Origin: Octopus bimaculoides
Taxonomy: Eukaryota
Direction: 5' to 3'
Length of the DNA: 37,314 bases
NCBI RefSeq assembly: GCF_001194135.2
Contig: NC_068989.1
Span: forward strand, 26,870,219-26,907,532
The notes beneath the pieces are model-generated. The model did not search any database. It saw only the letters and a list, made by a program, of their open reading frames with translations, and was not told the origin of the DNA. The position numbers were made by a program, and so were the translations under genes. Shown in pieces: positions 23,521-36,053 of the stretch. The stretch's first letter is position 1. Each line of letters begins with the position of its first letter.

Positions 23521-26500
23521 GTTTATTACTTCATATATCATATGAATTTTAAACACGTTTGTGTAGGGCCAAAATCTATACAGAAAATACAAGAATAGTG
23601 AACACTGGCTGTCAACACCAAACTGAGAATATTCGATTTCAAATGTTGATAGAAACTTGCCTCTCCAAATTTGTAACACTGATAACACTTTTAATGATAA
23701 ACAGAATACTATCTAAGGGAGGATTTCGGTTTTGTCCTCGTATATTAGCATTCGCAACTGATTAACTTATTCTCACACACCCAAACAAATTACTATTCAA
23801 AATAATATTACATCAAATGTAATATGGATTTGAAACTTCTGTTTTTGGCATATTCAAAATATTGCAGTCATGGAAGAATTCTGAGCACCATAAATATATA
23901 TCTGCCACAATAGATTTGTTTGATTTGCAAAAAGTACTATCAATCGTTAACACTCACCATAGATCTAAAAGAATTCCTGAGCTCATGCTGCTTCGGACTT
24001 TCTATCAATCTATAACCTGTTCTTCATTGATCTTACCTGTTTCTCTGGAACATAGTACTTCAATGTTTGTATTTGTAGTAAAACTTTAGTTAGTATTGTA
24101 ATTCTTTGGCTTACAATCGACAAATATAGAAGGAAATAAATACAGGTAAAATACTTTTATAATCCGAGAGGAAACCATTTTTAAATGATAAATTGGCTTT
24201 AACGCGACATGGATACTATAGTTTTATGAGGCCCAGATTGTATTTTAAATACTGCTATTTAACAGTTATATGCGAATTGTCGGTAGTGGCAATCTGCCAC
24301 AGGACCGGTCCAAATTTTGAATTTGCACACTTCACCTCAAACTTGTCATTCCAGTGATCAATATTTTTGACACCGTTGCGTTGTCTTACATGCTGTAGTA
24401 TTTGAAGAGGAATTGTTTAAAAAGAAGTATTAAACAGAAAATAAAATGATACAACAGTTTTGGCACAGCGTTTTAATTATTGTTCTCATTTACTCATGAC
24501 AAATTTACAGTGCTTTGAATATAACATGCATAATAATTAAAAAGCTGGGAGGAATTTGAAATAATGTATTTAAGGATTCACATGGCTGGCTCTCTTTAAC
24601 GCCTCGGATGAAAACAATATGAAACTAAACATTTTAGGAGATATAATATGTGTGCAGTGAAACAACTAAATCCAATCTCAGATAGCAACAGTTATAATTT
24701 TGAAAATAAATAGTTGCGACATAAAATACGGATGACTAAATTTCAATAAGGTAAAATGAGGACACGACAAAATGGCGACAAGACAAAATAAAGCAGTCAA
24801 ATTACTAACATCTAAAAGGAAGGCTATAATTGTTTTTACGTAAAATATTATGAAACATGAAATGCATTTTTAAACTTAAGCAATATAATAAAAGAAGGAC
24901 ACGTTTTAATTTTAATATCAACAGAAAAACAGATCTACCAAAAGAAAATCATTTTCAAATGAAAGTAGTTCATTTAAAGGCAAGAAACAGGAACTTTATG
25001 AAAACACGGAGATTGACATAAGAGTCGATTTTTATTGGAGCGTTCATCAAGATAACATATATTTTAATTCATCACACTGGAAGCAAGATATGTTTTTTCA
25101 TAAAGTATTTCTCAGCAAGTTTGCTTGAGTTGGATTTTTCAGAAGTGTTTAAGTATTGTCGGTTAGTTTATCAAAATATTTTCTATTGAAGAGTATTTTT
25201 CTATGTGTATGAGATTTAATTTAGCTGTCTAGAAGTCATAGTTTCATTTCAAATGTTAGGGACGTTTCATAACCCCGCTTAATAATTCTGAGAGGTGTTC
25301 ATTGAAAATATTCAGCAATCTCATCGCAGTGCTCTTTTGCTTCATCCTCTAGAGAGAACACAAAGTCGTGATATACACGTAATTTGTAATGGAAAAGAAA
25401 CCTAAATCTACTGGTATTTTGACAAAACATACTTTATAAATTTGTTTCTCACACAACAGTGTGTTTAGTTTCGATTTTTCAACCCAAACAAGAACATAAT
25501 TGAAATTACATTTACTTACGGTTGAGGACTTGGTGACAATTGCATGAACATGTTACACAGAACCAAATCTCATCTCGAATATCAGAGTGCAAGTTAAGCG
25601 ATGTATACATTCGTAGAAGGGGAAAATGATATTCATCTACTTAGCCATCCTCTACTTAGCTGTAAGGAACAAATTTTATAAACACTCTCGGAGGAGAATT
25701 ACCACCTTTCGCCGAAGCATGCCAAATCAAAACTGCAAAAATAATGACTAAATGAAGAGTTTCGAACGTAATCGTAGAGAAAGGGCATATTCAAATTAAT
25801 AATTGCAGACATCTGCACAAGACTCCGGTCAGAAAAGACTCTAGTCCTTATATCTTAATAACTTCACAATTCGAACCAGAACTAGCCCATTCGCCAGAAA
25901 AGGACACTTCAATAAATCTAACTTTCAATTCCCAAGACAAAAGAACAACTTTTATCTATCATCAGATAAAATAATCATGAGAAATCTGACTGCCCATTAA
26001 CTACATGCAGTCCATTCACTTTTCCATTGATGATACGAAGATACATGCATGCCGTACTGCTTTACCACCTCGAAATGAATTGCGTTAGTTTGTTGCGATC
26101 TGTGCAAGAACATCTCTATTTACCACGCAAATCAAACTCACAAGCACAAAACCTTGCTGATTATATCACTTCTGCACTTTGTACTATTTCTGCTATTAAA
26201 GATACGTGTAATTTAGGGGCAACTAAAATTAACTGTATCGTTATGAACAATAAAAACGGAGTGACACGTCTTGTGTATACTCAAGCCTTGAATCACACAA
26301 CTGCCAACAATGTTGGGTGGTAGCTCTCAACCAATAACACTTTTCCAGAAACGTCCCAAAGTTATTCTAATAGATAACACATACACCTTTGCCTAGATGG
26401 GGATCAAGATAATTGAAACATCATTCTGTAGTTATGCAGTGCTAACATGTACTTCCCATACGAAAGTATAATTTGCCAAACAATCCTGCAGCTATACGTT

Positions 26501-28266
26501 GGCAGGAAGACTAGTGAAATTGTCATTACTTTACGATATAAAGCGAAGGTTTCACCATTATAAGAGGCTCTCATCATTCTATACCATGGATACTGTACGC
26601 CTCCATTTGCTAATTAATTACACATATGAAGCCCAAGAAATTTACGACAATTATAACAAGCATTAATGTTATATGGAGCATGGAAATAATGAGGGTTACG
26701 GCATCATTTCCTTCAGGACATACTCAAATTTCTTTTCATTTTCTACCACAAAACTCGAAATCTCACATACAAGCGAATGAAATCGCATTTTACATATCCA
26801 AATAAAATGCAGTAGCACGAGTTTTCCAGAGGAATTTCGATTCTTCTTGTGCGGCTAACGACGAGTGTTACCCGCTAGATACTAAGGAGAACAAAATGTC
26901 ACATATAAAATAAAGCCAAATATATATTAATCGAATAAGTAGAACTGCATCATCCTCACCTACTGCACGAAGAAGTGAGAAATTTATGAATAGTTTTAGA
27001 AAGTTTAAGGTTTCTGTCGAAGTAACATTGGAAGACAAACCGACAAACTTCAGATAGACCATTCATATAGCTACAGCAACGTATGAGAAGAAAAGCCTTT
27101 GTGAATCCAATCAGAAATAGCAAAATGAAATTGGACAATTTGCAAAAATATGCTTTTATGCAATGAGTAAAAGCATCATTGACATCATACTAGGTTATTA
27201 ACTGATCCAAATACTTTACAATAATTGGCTACATTCCATTCCATTCCGTATCCAAATTTCATAGTGTATGACGTACGTTTCATCATCCTAGTTAGACGAT
27301 TTCAACGCCCATGAAGACATGTTTCACAATATGACCATATAATAATGCATTGTGATATTAGTAAAGGCGATGTTTGATAGAATAGATGATATAATAGAAT
27401 GTTCTGAGTTTGGTTTCTACGGTGAAAACAATGTCTATCATCCTTACCGGAATCGACAAATGAATTTCTTTGATTATTTTCATTCACTACATCTTTTTTT
27501 TTTATAATTAGTATAGCTTAGCTTCTGTTATACTGTATAAAATAAATATAATAGTCTACTACTGTTTCAGAAAATAACTTTTTGTATCAGCTTGAATAAC
27601 TGGGACAACGAAATTTTAAATGATCTGCAAGAATTTGAACTCAGAGTTTATAGACTTAAAACAAAACAAAACAACCCATTTCATCTAGCTAACATTAACG
27701 CACTTCCTTTTGCAGAAGAAATAATGAACATGGATAACTAAATTTAGTAACATATTGTAGTAATACGCAACTTGTCTGATCGATGTTCAAATTTGTTCAT
27801 GTCAAATTCTTATTTACTGTTTTATTTGAATCAATGACAGCATGACTTAACTTCCAGTTATTGCCGATATATTTACATATTACCATTCTACGATTGTAGG
27901 AGAGATGTTGTAGAGGAAATTACTATGCCAAACCTTTCTGTACATAGTGATATTTGAACTAGTATTGAATGAATGACATATTTATATCTCAAACAAAATT
28001 GCAATGTTTCCAGTGACACTAAGTCAAATGGTAGATTCTAGACGTCAATCACATTGTAATTTCGTTTCTTATGTCTGAAATCCCGCAAAATAAGACACGT
28101 TAATAAAATATATCGCATGCGTCTGGTTTCATTTAGTCCCTAAATACTTTCGTCTGTTGAGAAGACAGATGGTATCAGTGGATCAGTGGAAGAGTTGCTA
28201 TTATCCCTCACTCTTTACCCGCACTATATATACATATATTATGTGTGTGTGCATATATGTGGTACC

Positions 28267-28308
28267 TCTCTCTTTCTCCCTCTCTCTCTCTCTCTCAATC
28301 TCTCTCTC
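28267..28308. repeat. Imperfect (CT)n microsatellite
   Basis: Seen directly. Confidence 0.85.
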
Positions 28309-28469
28309 CCTTTATATACATGTCACAGTAAGTCTAGTAACCAGTTGATCTAGCAAGCAGCGTCTCATGCCAGTGCACGATTATGTCGCCGAGAAAGTGA
28401 CTCCCAAAACCCTAAACAGCGCAGATTCTCTCATTATGACTCAATAAGCCGATTAGTGGCCGCTATGTG

Positions 28470-29135
28470 GAAATTTCAGTTGGTAGCACCTGTAGCTGCC
28501 AGTCGTTTGCGAACTGGCAGGTAACGCGATCAGTACAGTGTCAGAGCAGGTATTATACACAAGGAAGAGCATGGAAAGGCAATCAATCCTCGCAAATGTT
28601 GTACGTGTTGCAACAACAAATAAACAGATTGACTGAAAAACACGAACGCATAAACACAAAAACACACACGCACTCACGCACATACAAACACGTGCAATAA
28701 TTAAAATAAAAGAGAATATACAGACTGGTTCATCTGAAAGTTATTTCCTTTTATTTCACAATGTCATACAGCATATGTTTTATGGTTACGACGATCTACA
28801 CATGCTTCCCTGCACAGACTATGATCAGTTGTATATACAACCTGGTATACTTTTATGTGCCGCTTCATTCAGGGTCAATAACCGACCCACAGATAAACGG
28901 GAATAGAAACATAGAGGCCCAAGTGCTGAACGCCCAAACACATACCCTTTTCTTAACTAATCTGGTAAAGATTCTATCGTATAGAGATAATAGAACTGGT
29001 TGCCAGTTATGTTCCTTAGAACTACTGAAAATCATTAGATTCCCCGATAAGAACAAGCTAATTAATAACAGATCAGATTTCAAACCATCTTATATACATA
29101 AAATGATTAAGACCTTTAGATACTATAATCCCTAA
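28470..29135 (+). mobile_element. Decayed Penelope-like element, GIY-YIG C-terminal part
   Basis: TCSCQ / CELAGN (cf. CNC...CPLxGxC), SFRVNN, and the ORF end LVKILSYRDNRTGCQLCSLELLKIIRFPDKNKLINNRSDFKPSYIHK...* matching WxI...Y...CxLCxxEK...LNxRxE...CxH. A long pyrimidine-rich putative 3' region runs to ~30830. Confidence 0.6.
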
Positions 29136-30721
29136 GTCCCCTCTTTTAAGTTATAATCACTTCATCATCTTCTCTCATTGGTAACTCCCACGTCAGATCC
29201 ATCCTGCCACCATTCAGACATTGAATTAACGAAGCCCGTACTCTACCCCCAACTTAACTATTTATCTTAATTATTCAGTTTACCCTCGCATAGCTAGATT
29301 CTGACCCCATAGTATACACACATATTTAATAAGCCGGGATCCATAATCCCACCTTTACAGGAAAATTTCTAAACCTTTCAGTCACTGACTCGAAGATTTA
29401 GAATAACACTACAATACACAAAGGTAACATTAAATAACACTCATCACTGCAATGTTTTTATAATAATACTATACTAGTATTAATTAGGAGATGCAAACCC
29501 AGATTCCTTTATATTCATACACCAATACCCAATGATTAAAACACGATTATAGTAGTAGTTTCACTATGCCATATAATTTACACAAATAGATAAGCCGTAA
29601 CTACCCCAATCACCATATTTTTCTAACCAATGCACCTTTTCAAACCACTATGTTTTTTATTTTTATTATTATTATAATTATTGTTATTGGTGTTGTTATT
29701 TTTTTTATTACTATTACATTATGTAATACAATATTACTACTATATATTACTACGGTTGAAGTGTTCCCAATACTCTGTATTTTGAATTTTTAACTTCCAA
29801 CCCAAGTTTTCCCCTTTATATTTTCTATATTTTTTCTAACTTTTTTTTACATTTTCTAATTATTCATTGTTTAGATTTATATGTTCTAATTATCATTTAC
29901 CACTTCCATCATCTTTGTATCCTCTAGATAAGCGTATGTACCAATATAATAGATAAGTTCGTATACTTAAGTTGTAGTGATGTACTGTGGCTAAACTGAC
30001 CACTCACAACAAGGATATCATATTTCAAGTTTACCCTAGCTTGACATTATTTGTGACCCACCACTAGTCTTGGCCGACACAGCATCATGTATGTCTGTCA
30101 TTTACGAACTCATCCTTTTAGATCTCTTTATCTCTTTATCTATCTTTATTTGTCTTTATTTCTCCATTTCTACTTTTAGGTTTTTTCTTATCCCCCTTCT
30201 CTTTACTTCTGTTATTTCATTTTATTTCTTTTATTTTTCTATTTCTTCTATTTATTTATCCAATTTCCTTGCGTTTTCTTTTACCACCTCTCTCCAACCC
30301 TTCTAAATCTTTTATATGCATCTTACTTTATCATCCGGATTTTTTCTTATTTTTTTTCTTATATTACCCAACACCCCCGACCCGATTTGACTTTTATTAT
30401 TTTTGTATTAATATTTGTGTATTTTATATTGTTTTAACCTCCAACTTCTTTCTTGTTTGGACACTCTCCTTCTGTCTCATATACGCTAGTTATGTTTATT
30501 TATCATTCACTCTACCCTGAATTGTGGCACAATATGGACAGATTTTGGAATACCGATGAACTTTTATATAAATGTATCAACTTAAAGGATAAACATATTA
30601 TAATGGCTATTACAATGGATAATACCAAGTGGACTTCCCCTCTTTCTCTCTCCTGTTTCTCTCTCTTTTTCTTTTTTCTTGGTGATTTCTTCTTTGTGAT
30701 ATGATCTTGGGAAAGAATATA

Positions 30722-30818
30722 TTTGCGGCTGAAGATAGCTTTATACCATCCTGTCTATCAATTATGTACCAATATAATGATGCAACGACTATAAAGCTTG
30801 AAACACGTGTACCGCGGA
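30722..30818 (+). ncRNA. Minimal type-I hammerhead ribozyme (PLE-associated type), apparently intact
   Basis: Stem I GCGG (30725-28) pairs with CCGC (30812-15), extendable with G.U pairs. Core CTGAAGA 30729-35. Stem II AGCTTTATA (30737-45) / TATAAAGCT (30790-98) is a perfect 9 bp with a 44-nt loop and a U.U closing pair. GAAA 30800-03; palindromic stem III ACACGTGT 30803-10; cleavage triplet GTA, predicted cut after 30811. Confidence 0.75.
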
Positions 30819-30980
30819 ATCCTTTGTGTTCTGTTTTAATTTTACGCTTTTAATTTATTCTTTCACCTCGGCCACTAACTGGCATATACAGGTGCTTGCA
30901 ATTATCAAGTATTACCTCTAAAATGTGCTTTACCTGTATATATATATATATCGTTGACAGAACACTATTCAATTTTTTTT

Positions 30981-31192
30981 NNNNNNNNNNNNNNNNNNNN
31001 NNNNNNNNNNNNNNNNNNNNNNNNNNNNNNNNNNNNNNNNNNNNNNNNNNNNNNNNNNNNNNNNNNNNNNNNNNNNNNNNNNNNNNNNNNNNNNNNNNNN
31101 NNNNNNNNNNNNNNNNNNNNNNNNNNNNNNNNNNNNNNNNNNNNNNNNNNNNNNNNNNNNNNNNNNNNNNNNNNNNNNNNNNNNNNNNNNNN
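30981..31192. other. Assembly gap, followed by (TA)n(TATG)n at 31193-31238
   Basis: N run seen directly. Confidence 0.99.
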
Positions 31193-31238
<46 letters not shown>

Positions 31239-31858
31239 TTAGCTGACGTACCCGGTAATACCCGGAAAGGCGGGGTTTATCTCTTAGATCTGTTCTCATA
31301 ATTCTTTCGCTAACCCAGTAACAACAATACAAAGCATATACCCCTTGAAACAGTTTTTGTGCATTTACAAAGAACACCGAACTATCTTACATAGGATCTT
31401 GTTTTTAGGAAATCCCAATAAATTATGAATACCCGAAATGTGAAGTCAGTTATGTAATAACAAGAAATTAGTTACCCGATAGTAAGAATTCAAATAAAGT
31501 AGCCCGAAAAGGTCTATAATGAGTAACATAGGAGGAAATACCATTGAAGTATGTATACCAAAATCGTAAAGTATGTTACGTAATAACAGGCTAATCAGAT
31601 ATGAGATAATAACAATTCAAAATAGATCACTCTGAAAATAGCTTTTGTGCGTTCGCAAAGAATATTACTCTCAGTGGCGCTAGTGTTGAAATAGATTTAC
31701 AATGAATGTAGAAAGAGACTAACATTTAGTTTTACAGTAGACATACAAATAAATTTGAATATACATTTTAGAATAAAATAAAATGTAGATTATCAATACA
31801 TTTACAACACTTACAAATATTACAGTAAAATAATAAATATCTGATTTGGTGAATTTTA

Positions 31859-32620
31859 TTAAGTTTGCAGAGCTTGATAAACAACAGGTTTGGTCTTTCC
31901 TTGTGGGGCATAAAAGAACAAATCATTAGGATTTCCGACTCTTGAGCATCCCACATAAAGTTGGTCATAGGAGAAAACTGGTTCTCCAAAGTTCAGACCT
32001 ACAACATCCAAACACTGCTCCTGGGCCTTATTAATGCTCATTGCAAAGCTCATTTTCAACCGGAATTTCAGGCGCATGTACTGCAAATGCATATCTGAGG
32101 GAATAAGTGGAATTCTAGGAATGAATATAGCTTCATCGCTTGCTTTACCAGTCAAATCTTTTGTCTCCAAGACTTTTGGCATCATCTTCTTTATGATAAG
32201 GCGTGTACCATTGCAAAGCTTTGGTGGATCGATGTTTCGAAGCAGCATAACAGGTTCCCCAATCTTGAAGTGCATGTGTGAGGTGGGAGGCCAGCTGGTG
32301 TTATACGATTCAAGAATTCAACTGCATAATTCACAGCTTCATCGATGTTGAGTACAGCGTCAATGCAATTGTAGATGTGACGCTCACCTGGCAACTGTTC
32401 GAGAAGTTTAAAGTTCAAATCATCAACTGCCACGTTCTTTGGTGATAAAATGACAGGGTTTCCAGCCACGTGTTGTTTGTAAGCTGATTCGTCAGGTTAA
32501 GAATCAGCTTATCCATTAGTTCTTTTAAATCAGATATGGTATTCCAAAAGGCAAGCTTACCTGGCCATCCTTCTCGCCAACCGAAGTGCTATTACCGACA
32601 TCCAAAAGTTTCTGTCTGCA
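31859..32620 (-). pseudogene. Helitron PIF1-family helicase, C-terminal fragment with frameshifts
   Basis: KLLDVGN; ILSPKNVAVDDLN...EFLNRITPAGLPPH (32469-32275 frame); then KIGEPVMLLRNIDPPKLCNGTRL...IFIPRIPLIPSD...FAMSINKAQ...DQLYVGCSRVG...KTKPVVYQAL (to 31859). Confidence 0.92.
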
Positions 32621-32699
32621 TCATCATCACTGTCCACTTTGGAACTACGGGAATGGTGTTCTAAAGTCTCGTGCGAGCAAGACTGTGGGCAACATTTAT

Positions 32700-33405
32700 C
32701 AATATAAATCAAGAGTCTCCTGCTTGTAAACATGGTGTGACATCTGTGATAACAGTGCATTTGTCTAAAAGCAGAACAATTCTTTATGCAACGCTTGTCA
32801 ACTGGCTGATGTGACATGAAAGGTTATCGTCATTCATGGTATATTCGTGAATAGGTCACTAACCAAAATAAGTAGATCTATTGTTGAACGCTTTTGCCGC
32901 TGTTTTCGCGCCCGCAGAGGTCGAGAACTCAGATTTGATCTTCTTTAAGAAAGTGTTCCTACATGTAAACAGCATGTGACCTTTAAACAGTGCAGATGAC
33001 CAGTGGGTAGAAAAGAAAAATAAGGGATTTTACATGGGTTATTTCCCCTTCGCCGTTAAAGATAAGTAAAGGGTATATCTTAAGACCTCACAGCTATCAA
33101 CATGAATTACGAAAAAGTTCCTACATGTAAACAGCGTGTGAATCGTATGAGAATAGTGCAGATTGCAATATTATTGATAGACAAATGGGGATTTTTGTCT
33201 GCTTGTGTTGTTGATTGTTAAAAACATTAGCACCACTATCAATATAAATGAATGTGTCCCTACATGTGACGACAGTGCATTTTTCGGGAAACAGAACAGT
33301 TCTTCACGCAGCGCTTGTCAGTTGGCTGAAGTGACAAGAAAGGCTTTTCCATTCATGCTATATTCATGAATAAGTCAGTAACCGAAATAAGTGGATGTAT
33401 TGTTT
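32700..33405 (-). repeat. Diverged direct repeats inside the Helitron (two ~180 bp copies and two partial units)
   Basis: 32700-32885 aligns with 33240-33405 (AATATAAAT...CAGTGCATTT...CGCTTGTCA.TTGGCTGA.GTGACA.GAAAGG...TATATTC.TGAATA.GTCA.TAACC.AAATAAGT.GAT.TATTGTT). GTTCCTACATGTAAACAGC occurs near 32955 and 33117. Confidence 0.85.
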
Positions 33406-36053
33406 AGGAAAATACTATTTACTTGTTTAAGGGTTGAACTAAGTAAATTGCGAAAATAACTCTAACAGTTCAAATACTAAGAAATAAACATACTCAACTT
33501 GATCTATACCAAATAAAATCACTGATTTGTTAGACAATTTGAAAATCCACGTGATGTAGATGTACACGCATTTATACAAAGTAACCATTTCCAGCCTGTG
33601 ACTCTGACAATTTCTTGTAAGAAAGTGCAGGCAATGTAGAATGCACACGTATTTATACAATGTTGCTTCGGAAATAGCTTGACTATATATAGGAAATTTA
33701 GCAGATATACAAATAGCTATATTTTGCTATTTACGAGAACAGAAATGTCAGGATAAGTCTAGCTTGATTTTGCAGGTGAATTCTGTAGTGAGGTTAAATG
33801 TCAAGTGGTGATAAAATACATCTCTAAGGACAGCTATTGTTCTGGCTGTCAAACTGTGAGGTCTTACTGTCTTTAACTAAGAACCATATCATTTGCTAGC
33901 TAATGGGAAAATTGAAGATTTGATTTCTATTCTAGTGTTAGCTGGTTTCCAAACGAAAATGTCTTCCCCGCATTTTCTTACAACTTCTTTAATAAATCGA
34001 GAAATATATATTCATTTTTTATTCATTATATATATAGGAAAATGAATGTGTTATTTCCCTTGACTATTAAAGGAAAATATATTGGTTACACATGCGGATC
34101 CCTTCTAAGGACCCTAGCCATCCAATTATAGGTTTTTATTAAACTTCAGTGAGCCTAGTAACAAAATGGATGTTACTTTAGCATGTTTGCAAATTTCACG
34201 AAAATTCACTAATGGGTGTAGACGTCAAATTGACACAAACAGACAATTTGCTTTTATATATGTATAAGATAAGATATCCAAATTGAGGGAGCAGGTAAAG
34301 TGCTCACTATATTTATGCCGTTGCTCAATGAATCAAGCCGTCTTATGTAATATTGTAGGGGAAATTCATAAAACAATCCTAAATTATTTAGAAACCGAAC
34401 GTTTTAGAAATTTATAGAGGTGCCAATTGAATTAAAATCAATTTGCACATTTGATGGTTCCCTATCGTAGTTGTTCATAAACTGATTCCCAGGTGCTTTA
34501 TCTCTTGCGACCTAACATTCAGAAGCTACTTCAACTATACGTTACATAATTGGGTAGAATATTTCCCATTAAGTCTACACCTGTTTTTTAATGTATGTTA
34601 CACGAAGCACTTTATTACTACAGTGCTATTCATTTGAGTGAACGTCTTATGTTATCACGAGCGGAAGTATTTATGTATCGTATTACCACCAAAATAAATT
34701 GGAAGTGATGTTTGGATTACCTTATATATGCAGACTGAGATATACCACGTTTTCTTGGTGAAATACAATACAGGAAATATAATAATCCTCGATAACCATA
34801 GGCATTTAGGCCTACGCATATTTCCTGTCCGACAGATCATTGTTTAACTCTAGGCCATTCCCGATTGGATATACCCAAAATCAAATTCTACCTAACAGTG
34901 AACTCATCGTCTACTTTTTATGATCAACTACTTCATTCTCTAATCTGTCGTTCGTTTTTTCAAAACTTCTTTCATGTCATTTGAAGTAATTTGGCTTCCA
35001 TTTCTAGCAGATGAAGCAACCACATTCCAGCTGATGGAGAAAGGATCTCTCGGTATCATATTGAGAAAGTTTGCCGATATATGTGTATCATATTCTAATT
35101 AATTATTTTCTGAAACGGAAATTGTATGAGAAATTCAAATTCTCTGAATGTTAACTGTATGTGGCATTGATTATGTTACACTGACCAATAAAGAGACAAA
35201 CTAACAAATATACTTTAAAATAGCATTATTTACACTGTATGAATTGTCGTGAGTGAATGTCCAGATTTCCACTCATATGAACACTTGTAAATATATCACC
35301 TTTTACAGTTGAGGTCGAATCAGTAGAGCCATTAGTTTATAAAAATGTCTTGTTTTACAACTATGCGCTATCAGAAATCATTACTTGTGGAAATGATAAA
35401 GTAGGAAATAAATGTAACATAAACAACTATATTTGAATGTAAAAGTATGCCTTCCCAGCAGAAAACGTTCCTAAACTGAACTATGTATTTGTGTGTAATG
35501 AAGAGGTTTTTACCAATTCCAATATATCAAAATTGATTATCAATTTTAGGAAAATGTAAAACGAATAGATATCAATCTGCAATTGAATGAAAGCGTATAA
35601 GTGGTACATAAGTGACAGTTGTGCGACGCATAAGTACAGCTTAATAACTATCGATGTTTATATAAAATCATTTGCTTTTAAGCAGCAGCAGAGTGAATAA
35701 TAGATTCACTTAATGTTGCTAACTGAATGGGAGTCATTTTCTATTCTGTAATCTTCTTGCTTTTCTAATAATATATTTATATTTTCTCGGCTAATATCCG
35801 CTCAGTATAAACGGGAAAAACGTGATTACAATATTTGAAGGAGGAGGGAAGAACTTGAAAAACAAACAAAAAAGCAACAAAAAAATTATGGATATTTGAT
35901 CTTTTACGAACGTCGTTATCGGTTAGACATTGTGATTCTTACATACATACGGCTTTTCTGCCATCTCGTTTTTAACAAAGATGGAAGAAAAGAAGTTTCT
36001 AACAGATGTTTCTTAAAAATATATTGGTGTATCTCAGGCAACATGGTTGCTGT

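Larger units (their letters stand above)
31239..34269 (-). mobile_element. Internally deleted Helitron (~3.0 kb) retaining both termini and the helicase C-terminus
   Basis: Minus-strand 5' end A|TCTTATACATATATAAAAGC... at 34269 (34274 is an alternative). The 3' end has a GC hairpin CCGGGTATTACCGG, then ...GTCAG-CTAA|T at 31239, fitting the CTRR and A|T target rule. PIF1 helicase inside; no Rep (HUH) motifs seen. Confidence 0.75.

Noticed and set aside
25923-25965. Minus-strand CTGATGA, a 9-bp hairpin (AGATAAAAG/CTTTTGTCT) and GAAA
   Set aside because: Eight extra nucleotides separate the hairpin from GAAA, and no stem I or stem III pairing exists. Probably chance in AT-rich DNA, though a decayed ribozyme cannot be excluded.
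25500-27300. Region with short ORFs (26027-26323, 26868-27062) that may be an old DNA transposon
   Set aside because: No transposase motif or terminal repeat could be identified by eye.
30070-30704. Hydrophobic Phe/Leu/Ile-rich ORFs resembling membrane proteins
   Set aside because: Explained by the T/C-rich composition of the putative PLE 3' region.
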